31,501 nt of DNA from an archaeon (GCA_042584585.1 JBHOSQ010000013.1:1-31501), one strand, 5' to 3'; shown: positions 16,263-24,274, counted from the stretch's first letter. Notes: generated by a model from the sequence alone, not told the origin. A program made the numbers and translations.

Positions 16263-18965
16263 ATGGCGAGCATAGTCTGGTTCAAGGATGTTAGCAAGGG
16301 CGATATCCCAACTGTGGGAGGAAAAGGCGCTAATCTCGGCGAGATGGCGAACGCCAAGTTCCCAATCCCGGGCGGGTTCATCTTGACCGCCCAAACGTAC
16401 TTCAGCTACGTGAAGAGGAGCGGCATCCAGAAGCGGATTATTGAGCTGGCCAATTCCGTCGACGTCAACGACACAGCCGAGCTGCAAGCCACGGCACGGA
16501 AAATACAGGAAACCATTCTAGGAGCGCCGATGCTGCGGGACATCGCGGACGACATCAAGGACGAGTACAACAAGCTGTGCAAGCAAAGGGGGGGACAAGT
16601 CTACGTCGCCGCCCGAAGCAGCGCGACCGCCGAGGACCTGCCGGAAGCGAGCTTCGCGGGACAGCAGGCGACTTACCTCGACGTGCAAGGGGAAAACGAG
16701 TTGATTAAGGCGGTGCGGAAGTGCTGGGCGTCGCTGTACACGCCGCGCGCAATCTTTTACCGCGTGACACAAGGGTTCCCACACGAACAAGTCGGCATCG
16801 CGGTCGTCGTGCAGGAAATGGTGAAGAGCGAAGTCGCGGGAGTAATGTTTACGTCGGAGCCAACTGGCATGCGGCCCAACGAATTGGTTATTGAGAGCGC
16901 CTACGGCCTCGGCGAAGCAGTCGTCGGCGGCAAGGTCACGCCCGACACTTACATCATTGACAAGAAAAATGTAGAAATAAAAACCAAAAAGACGAGCACG
17001 CAAAAAGAAATGATTGTGCGGAACGAGCGCGGGCTTGGGACAGTCGTCGCGCCGGTGCCTCCAATCAAGCAAAGCCTGCAAAAGCTCCCAGACAACTTGA
17101 TTATCGAGCTCGCGGAGATAGGGAAAAAGATTGAGGCGCACTACAACTCGCCGCAGGACATCGAATGGGGCCTGCAGGACGGGAAGCTTTTCATCCTCCA
17201 GTCGCGCGCGATTACCACGCTGCAAATGAAAAAGGGTGAGGGCGTGAAGCCCACTGGCGAAGAACTGACGCGCGGGCTTGGCGCGTCGCCTGGCGTTGGC
17301 AGCGGCATAGTCAAAATGGTCCACTCCATGGAGGACTTGCCGAAGGTCCAGAAGGGCGACATACTGGTCACCGAAATGACGAACCCTGACATGGTGCCCG
17401 CCATGCAGCGAGCAGCGGCAATAGTCACTGACGAGGGCGGGATTACCTGCCACGCCGCGATTGTTTCGCGGGAACTGGGCATCCCGTGCATCGTTGGCAC
17501 GGAAAACATCACTGATTTGGTGCGGGACGGCGACAAGATTACTGTGGACGCGACGAACAACGTGGTGTACAAGGGCATTATCGGCATTGAGTCCGAGGCC
17601 GAGTTGACGCCTGAGGAATTGGCGAGCGCGCCCAAGACAAAAACACACATTTACCTGAACCTTGGTGTGCCCGAAATGGCGGAAAAGTACAAGGACTATC
17701 CCGTGGACGGCGTTGGATTGATGCGAGAAGAGTTCATCATCGCGACGTACGTGAAGGAGCATCCGCTGAAATTGATTCGCGAGGGCCGGCAACAAGTGTT
17801 CATCGACAAATTGTCCGAAGGGATTTCCATTGTGGCGGCGGCGTTTTCACCGAGGCCAGTGGTGCTGCGGATGAGTGACTTCAAGACCAACGAGTACCGT
17901 GACCTGGAGGGCGGCGAAGAGTTCGAGCCCGAGGAAGACAACCCAATGATTGGGTGGCGCGGCGCGAGCAGATACCACCACGAGGACTACAAGGACGCGT
18001 TCGTGCTTGAGCTGAAGGCAATCAAGAAGGCGCGCGAGACGCACAAAAACATTTGGATAATGCTTCCGTTCGTGCGCACCGTGAAAGAAGTGCAGGAAGT
18101 CGAGGCAATCATGAAGACCGAGGGTCTGGAGCGGGGACACGACTTCAAGCTCTGGATGATGGCCGAAATCCCGAGCAACGCCTTAATGGCCGAAGAGTTC
18201 GCGGACTACGTGGACGGGTTTTCGATTGGAAGCAACGACTTGACGCAGCTGGTGCTGGGGGTCGACCGTGACTCCGAAATACTCGGGAAAATGGGTTTGT
18301 TCGACGAGCGGAACGCGGCGGTCAAGAAAGCCATCAAGATGATTATCGCCGGCGCGCACAAGAAAGGCAAGACCGTGTCCTTGTGCGGCCAGGCGCCGAG
18401 CAACTACCCAGACTTCGCGGAGTTTTTGGTGGAAGAGGGGATTGACAGCATGAGCATCAACGCAGACGCCGTGGTGAAAGTGCGGACGGTTGTTGCGGCG
18501 GCGGAGAAGAAGAAAGAACAGCAATCAAGCCCGCCACCCGTGCAGCAGCAACCGCCTGCTCCAGAACCAACGCCGGAGCCCGCTCAAGCGCCTACACCCC
18601 AACCAACCCAACCGCTAATCCCGCAGCTCACTCAACCACGGCAAGAGCAGCCAACGGCACCAGAGCCAGAACCAACCAGCACTCCAACTGAGGAGTCAGC
18701 TAGTTCTCCGGAACCTGCCCCGGTTGAGACGCCAACTGAGGGGGCGGTGGCCCCTGACGTTGCGGCGGTTGACGTTGACCAAAGTCAACGTCCAGTCCCA
18801 CAACGTCCACCTGAGGACGCCCCCCCCAGTTCTTCTGGTGAACAAGCCAGTTCTGGGGAGTCGGGGCAGCCTAAGCAGGAAAGCTCGTTTTACAAAGAGG
18901 GGACTCTTGAGGGAGAGGGAAAAGAAGAGAGAAAGAAAATAGACATTTTCGGGTTTAAGATATGA
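16263..18965 (+). CDS. ppsA: Phosphoenolpyruvate synthase with long low-complexity C-terminal tail
   Basis: VGGKGANLGEM, RSSATAEDLPEASFAGQQ, DEGGITCHAAIVSRELG (phospho-His), NPMIGWRGASRY and FSIGSNDLTQL motifs; start moved to ATG 16263. Confidence 0.96.
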   Translation: MASIVWFKDVSKGDIPTVGGKGANLGEMANAKFPIPGGFILTAQTYFSYVKRSGIQKRIIELANSVDVNDTAELQATARKIQETILGAPMLRDIADDIKDEYNKLCKQRGGQVYVAARSSATAEDLPEASFAGQQATYLDVQGENELIKAVRKCWASLYTPRAIFYRVTQGFPHEQVGIAVVVQEMVKSEVAGVMFTSEPTGMRPNELVIESAYGLGEAVVGGKVTPDTYIIDKKNVEIKTKKTSTQKEMIVRNERGLGTVVAPVPPIKQSLQKLPDNLIIELAEIGKKIEAHYNSPQDIEWGLQDGKLFILQSRAITTLQMKKGEGVKPTGEELTRGLGASPGVGSGIVKMVHSMEDLPKVQKGDILVTEMTNPDMVPAMQRAAAIVTDEGGITCHAAIVSRELGIPCIVGTENITDLVRDGDKITVDATNNVVYKGIIGIESEAELTPEELASAPKTKTHIYLNLGVPEMAEKYKDYPVDGVGLMREEFIIATYVKEHPLKLIREGRQQVFIDKLSEGISIVAAAFSPRPVVLRMSDFKTNEYRDLEGGEEFEPEEDNPMIGWRGASRYHHEDYKDAFVLELKAIKKARETHKNIWIMLPFVRTVKEVQEVEAIMKTEGLERGHDFKLWMMAEIPSNALMAEEFADYVDGFSIGSNDLTQLVLGVDRDSEILGKMGLFDERNAAVKKAIKMIIAGAHKKGKTVSLCGQAPSNYPDFAEFLVEEGIDSMSINADAVVKVRTVVAAAEKKKEQQSSPPPVQQQPPAPEPTPEPAQAPTPQPTQPLIPQLTQPRQEQPTAPEPEPTSTPTEESASSPEPAPVETPTEGAVAPDVAAVDVDQSQRPVPQRPPEDAPPSSSGEQASSGESGQPKQESSFYKEGTLEGEGKEERKKIDIFGFKI
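18769..18792 (+). repeat. Isolated copy of the family-1 internal palindrome inside ppsA
   Basis: TTGACGTTGACCAAAGTCAACGTC matches 8626-8649 and the reverse complement of 14099-14122 over all 24 nt. Confidence 0.9.
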
Positions 18966-19159
18966 ATAAACAAGATGTTCGGAAAAAGTTTGGGCAGGCA
19001 GACAAGATGATTCTTGCGCTTGTTGTTTCGGCAGGCGTAGTGTTCTACTGGCGAGGCATTTGGGAGCTGAGCGAAAGCATTTTCCCGCCCATGGGCTCAC
19101 TCATTGTTGGCGTGACCATCCTTGTCTCGACCGGCTACCTCACAAAAGAATTGCTGTGA
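18962..19159 (+). CDS. Small membrane protein (2 TM)
   Basis: Two hydrophobic segments around FYWRGIWEL; ATGA overlap with the ppsA stop. Confidence 0.75.
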   Translation: MNKQDVRKKFGQADKMILALVVSAGVVFYWRGIWELSESIFPPMGSLIVGVTILVSTGYLTKELL

Positions 19160-19160
19160 A

Positions 19161-19745
19161 CTATTTCTTTTTCTTTTTTCGCTTGCCGATTGCATTTAGC
19201 GCGAGCCGCAGTATGTGCTTTTCGTGGATTTCCCCGTAGAACAAAAGCAGGATTGACAAGGTGAACGCGACTATTGACAGCACGTCGGACGCGACGTAGT
19301 ACAGCGAGCCCTCGAACGCCCAGTACCAGAACACGAAGCCGAGTGCGGAGCCGATGGTGATGAACACTGCAGCCGCTGAAGTGCGGAGGCGGAGCGCGAA
19401 CGCGATTACCGCGGACCACGTAACGCCAAGTGTGAACGAAAAAAAGACGAGTGACAAGTAGTAGCCGAAGTGGCCGAACTCTTGGAAAAACCGGTTCTCA
19501 AGTGCCTCGGTGTTGTGGCGGATGTCATCGACTTTTTTGTTGGCCGCGTTCGCGAACTTTTCGAGTAGGGCGCGGCGGTGCAGCAATGGATAGTCCAGGC
19601 CCTCCAGCACGTAATGGATTACCACCAGCTCACCGAGCTGCGCGAGCATTCCCGTGACCAGCATATCTGCCCACGACATGGTCATAATCCCGAGTGGGAT
19701 GGCCACGATTGGGCCGAAGAACAAATACGCCAAGAGAAAGCTCAT
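19161..19745 (-). CDS. Integral membrane protein (DedA / small multidrug export-like)
   Basis: Several hydrophobic segments, FTLGVTWSAVIAFALRL, basic C-terminus. Confidence 0.7.
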   Translation of the reverse strand: MSFLLAYLFFGPIVAIPLGIMTMSWADMLVTGMLAQLGELVVIHYVLEGLDYPLLHRRALLEKFANAANKKVDDIRHNTEALENRFFQEFGHFGYYLSLVFFSFTLGVTWSAVIAFALRLRTSAAAVFITIGSALGFVFWYWAFEGSLYYVASDVLSIVAFTLSILLLFYGEIHEKHILRLALNAIGKRKKKKK

Positions 19746-19800
19746 TGAAGCGTAGTTAGCGCGTACGGGTATAAAAAGATAGCTAGCGTAATTTTTGTCA

Positions 19801-21105
19801 ATGGAAAAGAGGCACAAGGCGGCAAAAGAGTTTGACGCGCTTTACTCGGTTAACCGGGTGTTCACTAGGGCGCATGAGGACATGCTCTCTTACGCCAATG
19901 TCTTGGAAAAGCAGGGGGAAGACCCGAGGTACAGAAAGCTTGCCAAGCTCAAGAAGTCGGAACTCCTGGAGAATTTTAAGTCCATACAAAAGCTGCTTGG
20001 CGAAGTCGGGAGCTATGGGGGCCTGAAGGAAAAAGTGGTGGACGATTTCAAGAAAAAAAGCAACTACATCAAAGAAGGAGACCACCAGCGGATTCGATAT
20101 GTGGCAGAAAACACGTGGGATGGCTACCAGAGATGGAAGGCCCTCAAGACGCACTGGCTGCTCGACAACCGGAATGAAATGAAAAAGCTGCTTAGCGAAA
20201 GGTACGACATCCCGGAGAATGTGGTGGTAGTGCCGGGTGGAAGTTGCGCCTTTTTGGAAAGGAAAGACGAGCTTGACGGTGCGGTCGAAAGCGTTACTTG
20301 GGGGATTGACGTCGCGGACAGCAAGAAAAAAGCGCTTCTTGAGGACTTGCACAAGGCGATGGACAAGCACGGGAAACTCATTATCGTTACTCCGTTCCTG
20401 CACACGAACGCGCTTTTGCACGAGGGCCCGCGCATGCCTGAGCTCTATGCCCTGGCCAAGACCGTCGAGGCGGGGGCATACGAGAGAAATCTTATGCTGC
20501 TCAGCGCGGGCGTGCAGCCCGGGGTGCAGGTCTTATTCGCACCAACTAAGCAAAGTGACGGATGGCGCGAGGCAGAAAAAAGATACATGGATATCTTGGA
20601 CCGCCACACGGTTTCCCAAACGCCATTCCCACTGCTGCCGGTCATCAAGCACGAAGAAGAGCACGGCGAGAACCGCCAGTTCTTTAATGACGTTAACGAA
20701 GTGGTCGCCAAAAAGCACGGCAAGAACCCGGGAGAACACGAATGGCAAACCCTGCTGCTCAGTGCCTTCGGTGAATCAATGGCCCTGCGGGAAGAGTATA
20801 AGGGGAGCCTGAAGAAAAACGCTTACCCCCATGCGGGTGACTTTGAGCACCAGCTCGGCACCTTGCTGGCAAAGGCATACGAAGAAACCGGCATAAGCAA
20901 AGACGAAGTCAAGGGCATAATAAGGGAAGCGGCGGCCAAAGGCAAATTAGAGCACGCGGCAAGCAAAATCGCGGAAAAAGTCAAGGGCCACGACGCGCTC
21001 TACCGGAGCATTCGCGTCATGATAGGAAAAGAAAAGCCAAACCTGCACAAGCGCTTCAGAAAAGCCTTTGCAGATATACGCGAAGAACACCGAAAAAGCG
21101 AATGA
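19801..21105 (+). CDS. Hypothetical protein
   Basis: 434-aa charged ORF with no motif I recognise. Confidence 0.75.
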   Translation: MEKRHKAAKEFDALYSVNRVFTRAHEDMLSYANVLEKQGEDPRYRKLAKLKKSELLENFKSIQKLLGEVGSYGGLKEKVVDDFKKKSNYIKEGDHQRIRYVAENTWDGYQRWKALKTHWLLDNRNEMKKLLSERYDIPENVVVVPGGSCAFLERKDELDGAVESVTWGIDVADSKKKALLEDLHKAMDKHGKLIIVTPFLHTNALLHEGPRMPELYALAKTVEAGAYERNLMLLSAGVQPGVQVLFAPTKQSDGWREAEKRYMDILDRHTVSQTPFPLLPVIKHEEEHGENRQFFNDVNEVVAKKHGKNPGEHEWQTLLLSAFGESMALREEYKGSLKKNAYPHAGDFEHQLGTLLAKAYEETGISKDEVKGIIREAAAKGKLEHAASKIAEKVKGHDALYRSIRVMIGKEKPNLHKRFRKAFADIREEHRKSE

Positions 21106-21153
21106 ATTTAAACCAGTCTGCAGTAACGAACGAAACACTAGTTCTTTTTGGAA

Positions 21154-21223
21154 TCATGACGCGACCGAAACCCTTATATATGTGTCATGATTAAGTCATG
21201 ATACTTCGGTTGATGAGTCATGA
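21154..21223 (+). promoter_or_regulatory. Promoter (BRE + TTATATA at 21174-21180) with four TCATGA palindromes
   Basis: TCATGA at 21154, 21185, 21196 and 21218; the last overlaps the ATG. Confidence 0.65.
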
Positions 21224-21636
21224 CGAAAATGACAGAGCTCTACGGAACTGAAGATTACCCTGAGCTCTCAAAGGACGTCAAGTACGACATAGAGCAGTTC
21301 AAGGACCCCTACGTCGTTGGGGCCATGATCCACAGGCTCGTGGAAGAAAGAAAGCTCACCAACACGATGCTGCGTGACATTCACAAGAAGCTTAACACGC
21401 TCACCCAGCTAATGGAGAAACAGGGCATCGACACAACTGGTGCCCTGCTATCCGACCAGGACGAGAAGATCCTGGGGTTCGTGAAGGGCTCCGGGAAGGC
21501 CACGGCCGAAGAAGTCCGGAAAAAGTTTGGGTACAAGGGGAAGAACGCCGCGAGCGCCCGGTTGAACGCGCTCGAGAAGGACGGCTTCCTCGCAAAGAAA
21601 CGGGTCGGAAGAAAAGTAGTATTCTTGACTCGATAG
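21220..21636 (+). CDS. Winged helix-turn-helix protein with N-terminal coiled coil
   Basis: LSDQDEKILGFV...ATAEEVRKKFGYKGKNAASARLNALEKDGFLAKKRVGRKVVF. Confidence 0.82.
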   Translation: MTKMTELYGTEDYPELSKDVKYDIEQFKDPYVVGAMIHRLVEERKLTNTMLRDIHKKLNTLTQLMEKQGIDTTGALLSDQDEKILGFVKGSGKATAEEVRKKFGYKGKNAASARLNALEKDGFLAKKRVGRKVVFLTR

Positions 21637-21805
21637 CACTCATCTGGGGTGGGAACAGCACACAGGAATCGTTGCCGCTGCTCTTGGTAAAACTATCTTT
21701 GTGGAACACCTCGCGTAAAAATTCGGGGGCAAGTTTCTCGGAGCCCCCCACCCCCTCCTTTCTATCTACGGCCGGGCAACCGGTCAAACCTACTAACTTA
21801 GCCAC

Positions 21806-21935
21806 GCTTTTCCGCCAGCGCTTTTCCACCCAGCGAGCGAAGCGAGTAACAGGAAAAGGGCTGTTTTCCATCGACGCTTTTCCGCCGTTCAAGGGGTTAG
21901 CGGGCGGCTAACCCCCTGTAACAGAAAAAGGGTCG
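21806..21935 (-). repeat. Structured repeat family 1, two tandem units (C1 21864-21935, C2 21806-21863) with different inserts
   Basis: Minus strand CGACCCTTTTTCTGTTAC-[AGGGGGTTAGC-CGCCC-GCTAACCCCTT]-GAACGGCGGAAAAGCGTCGATGGAAAA, then CAGCCCTTTTCCTGTTAC-[TCGCTTCGCTCGCTGGGT]-GGAAAAGCGCTGGCGGAAAAGC. Confidence 0.82.
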
Positions 21936-21976
21936 CGGGGCAACGTTTTTAAGCCAGTTCTCTGTAAGCGGTAGCA

Positions 21977-22951
21977 ATGGCATTCGGCATACCCGACGAG
22001 GTGCTTCTTGGGGGAGTTGCGGCAATAGCGTTGCTAGTCGTCGCGCTGAAGTTCCTGGCGGGCAGGAACGAAGCGCCGAAGTACCACCGGCACCACAGCC
22101 ACGGCGAGCCCGAGGCAGAAGGCGTCAAGCCAGAGGACCACACTGAACTCGAGGACATGATTAACCCAAAAGCAAAAGTCAAGGGCACAGAAAGCGCGGC
22201 AACCGTCGAAGAAGAAGAAACAGCTGGAATGAGCGTCGAGACCGAGGGCCTGGAGGCCTTGCTCGCGCGGCCGATTGACGAAGCGCCGAGCATCGGGCCA
22301 GAGCACAAGACCAACGTCGACGCGGGCCTCGAGCAACTGAAGTTCGAGGGAGAGCCAAGCGCCGCACCGGACGTGCCGCCCGAAATCAAGCACGAAATGA
22401 AGCAGGAAAAAGCCGAGGAAAAGCCTGTGCCCGCGACCGCCAAGGACTTGGCGCGGTTAAGGGAACAGTTCGGTGAAGAGTACGACATTGACCGGCTGGG
22501 GGAAATAGTGGCGGTGCCAGAGGCACGGCCGAAGTACACTCCCCCGAAAGACATTGAGGAAAAAGCCGAGGCCGAGGCAAGCAAAGAGCGGCCCGCCAAG
22601 CTATACGACCGCGCGAAAAAAGACCGCGCGGAAAACCTTGAGCGGTACTGCATGCTGCAGTACGACGCGGGAAAGAGCCCGCGCAAGGTTGACGGCCTGT
22701 TGCGCGTGAAGGGGCTTAACGCAAATGCCTCGAAACAAATGGCGTTCAAGAACTACCGCGTGTGGATAGAAAAGCGCGAGCCGATTATTCGCGAGATAAA
22801 AGAAACCCGGGACATGATTAAGCGGATTGAGTACAAGTTTTTGAAGCAGCAGATTGACGGCGTCACGAGAAAGAGCTCACTCAACGAGGCCAACAAAAAG
22901 ATTGCGGGGCTAGAGGCGAAGCTAAAAAGCAGTGAAGACTATTTTGACTGA
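21977..22951 (+). CDS. Hypothetical membrane-anchored protein with acidic linker and C-terminal helical domain
   Basis: N-terminal TM, HRHHSH, Glu/Pro-rich middle, coiled-coil-like end; TTTTTAAG about 24 nt upstream. Confidence 0.8.
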   Translation: MAFGIPDEVLLGGVAAIALLVVALKFLAGRNEAPKYHRHHSHGEPEAEGVKPEDHTELEDMINPKAKVKGTESAATVEEEETAGMSVETEGLEALLARPIDEAPSIGPEHKTNVDAGLEQLKFEGEPSAAPDVPPEIKHEMKQEKAEEKPVPATAKDLARLREQFGEEYDIDRLGEIVAVPEARPKYTPPKDIEEKAEAEASKERPAKLYDRAKKDRAENLERYCMLQYDAGKSPRKVDGLLRVKGLNANASKQMAFKNYRVWIEKREPIIREIKETRDMIKRIEYKFLKQQIDGVTRKSSLNEANKKIAGLEAKLKSSEDYFD

Positions 22952-22952
22952 A

Positions 22953-23036
22953 TGCCTCTGGCGGCCTTGCGCCGCCAAGTCTAACGTGCCATGACGTGAA
23001 TCCCAACGGATTCTCGTCTGGGCTTAGTTTAAGCTG
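22953..23036 (-). repeat. Structured repeat family 2, copy 2 (with inserted hairpin)
   Basis: Minus strand CAGCTTAAACTAAGC-[CCAGACGAGAATCCGTTGGGATTCACGTCA]-TGGCACGTTAGAC-TTGGCGGC-GCAAG-GCCGCCAGAGGCA. Confidence 0.85.
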
Positions 23037-23053
23037 TTTGACTGAAGCGGGAG

Positions 23054-23500
23054 TTATTTCCGCTTCGGTTTTTTGTATCGTTCCTTACTCTTTTCCCAGT
23101 TCTGGCGCGGGTCAGAAACACCCGGGACGTTGCCTTGGGTTTCCGCGCCTTCTTGTATGGCTGCGTTACGCCACCCAGCCGACTTCACTGGCCGCCTTGG
23201 AATGCGTGCGCTGGATCCAGCCCTAAACTCTCCAACAAGCTTTTGCACTTCCTCAGTCAAGTGCTCCGTTGGGATAAGCTCTGGCTCGCCGGCCTTGGCG
23301 CCTTTCTGCGGCATATCCTTAAGGATAATTCCGTCTGGTGTCATAAGCACCGTGGCGCCCCTCTTCAGCTTTTTAATGAGGGCCTCAGGATCAGCCTCCG
23401 GCATTTGCTTGAGCTTTTCAAAATCGATTAGGTCTGCCGGCTTTGCCAGTGCCTTTTTGATTTTTGCTTCCATTTTTCTTTTGTCGTCAGCAGTACTCAT
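23054..23500 (-). CDS. Hypothetical basic protein
   Basis: 148-aa Lys-rich ORF, GGTG upstream, co-oriented with the radical SAM gene. Confidence 0.6.
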   Translation of the reverse strand: MSTADDKRKMEAKIKKALAKPADLIDFEKLKQMPEADPEALIKKLKRGATVLMTPDGIILKDMPQKGAKAGEPELIPTEHLTEEVQKLVGEFRAGSSARIPRRPVKSAGWRNAAIQEGAETQGNVPGVSDPRQNWEKSKERYKKPKRK

Positions 23501-23533
23501 TCAAACACCAACCATAATTATTGCATTTGTTGC

Positions 23534-24274
23534 TTAAATCTCTTCCTCTCCCTTGTGCGAAATGATGCGCACGGAGTCGACGTTTGAGAACGCGTCGCGC
23601 GCTGCCTTCGCGAGCTCCTTCAGCTTTTCGGGGTCCGGCACTTCCTTGTTGCGGTACCAGTCCTCGCTCACGATTTCGCGGCGCTTTTCAAAGCCGTGCA
23701 GCGTGAACGCGGTGCAGTAATAAACGGACTTCGCGACGGAAACAATGTCTTCTTTTTTGTCGTTCTCGCCGGGAACCACCGGGTAAACGACTTCGAAAAA
23801 CCCTGCCTTGTCGCGCGCGATGTCAATCGACTCCCGCACAGCTTGGGGATTGCCTAGGCCCCCAGTCATTTTTTTGTATAGCGCCTCGTTGTCCAACGGG
23901 GCTTTGACGTCAATCGACACCATGTCAAGCAGATTTTTTAGTAAGAGGTCGCCGAGGACTTCTGGGTGTGAGCCGTTCGTGTGCAACTGGACCGCGATTT
24001 TTTGGGACTTCAAGTACATGCAGACCCGCTCCAGTTCGCGTGGCTGCTCGGTGGGCTCTCCGCCGCCGATTTTGACCAGCTTGGGCTTTGCCTGTGCCAA
24101 AGCGCCCACGAGCTCGCGGATGCTGACGACCGAGCACTTCTTCTTCTTTTTGCAGTCCTCCTTGTCCAGAATGCCCTTCTCGTAGCAGTACGGGCACTTC
24201 CAGTTGCATCCCCCGAACAGCACCCACGCCGCTCCCTTGCCCATTGGCCGCAGCCCTCCGATGGTTACGTACAT
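23534..24274 (-). CDS. Radical SAM protein, glycyl-radical (anaerobic RNR/PFL) activase-like
   Basis: GCNWKCPYC, GGGEPT, LHTNGS and SIDVKAP motifs; start moved to ATG 24274. Confidence 0.88.
   Translation of the reverse strand: MYVTIGGLRPMGKGAAWVLFGGCNWKCPYCYEKGILDKEDCKKKKKCSVVSIRELVGALAQAKPKLVKIGGGEPTEQPRELERVCMYLKSQKIAVQLHTNGSHPEVLGDLLLKNLLDMVSIDVKAPLDNEALYKKMTGGLGNPQAVRESIDIARDKAGFFEVVYPVVPGENDKKEDIVSVAKSVYYCTAFTLHGFEKRREIVSEDWYRNKEVPDPEKLKELAKAARDAFSNVDSVRIISHKGEEEI

Noticed and set aside
16518-17795. 425-aa antisense ORF and similar long shadow ORFs (12191-13063, 27224-27934, 27910-28764)
   Set aside because: They lie opposite well-supported genes, have no motifs, and are expected from GC-rich codon bias.
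21401-21911. ORFs 21401-21892 (-) and 21672-21911 (+) across the intergenic region
   Set aside because: Non-ATG starts, overlap with the wHTH gene or the repeats, and unprotein-like composition.
21806-21935. Tandem constant/variable units as a mini CRISPR array
   Set aside because: Only two units, imperfect repeats, self-complementary inserts of unequal length, and no cas genes.
21891-21945. GGGG...CCCCTGTAAC...CGCGGGG resembles the archaeal SRP RNA Alu domain
   Set aside because: No room for an S domain and no helix-8 motif; a CDS starts at 21977, and the sequence is explained by family 1.
21637-21976. Replication origin (ORB-like TTCCA/GGAAA motifs)
   Set aside because: No good ORB consensus, no AT-rich unwinding element and no adjacent cdc6/orc1.
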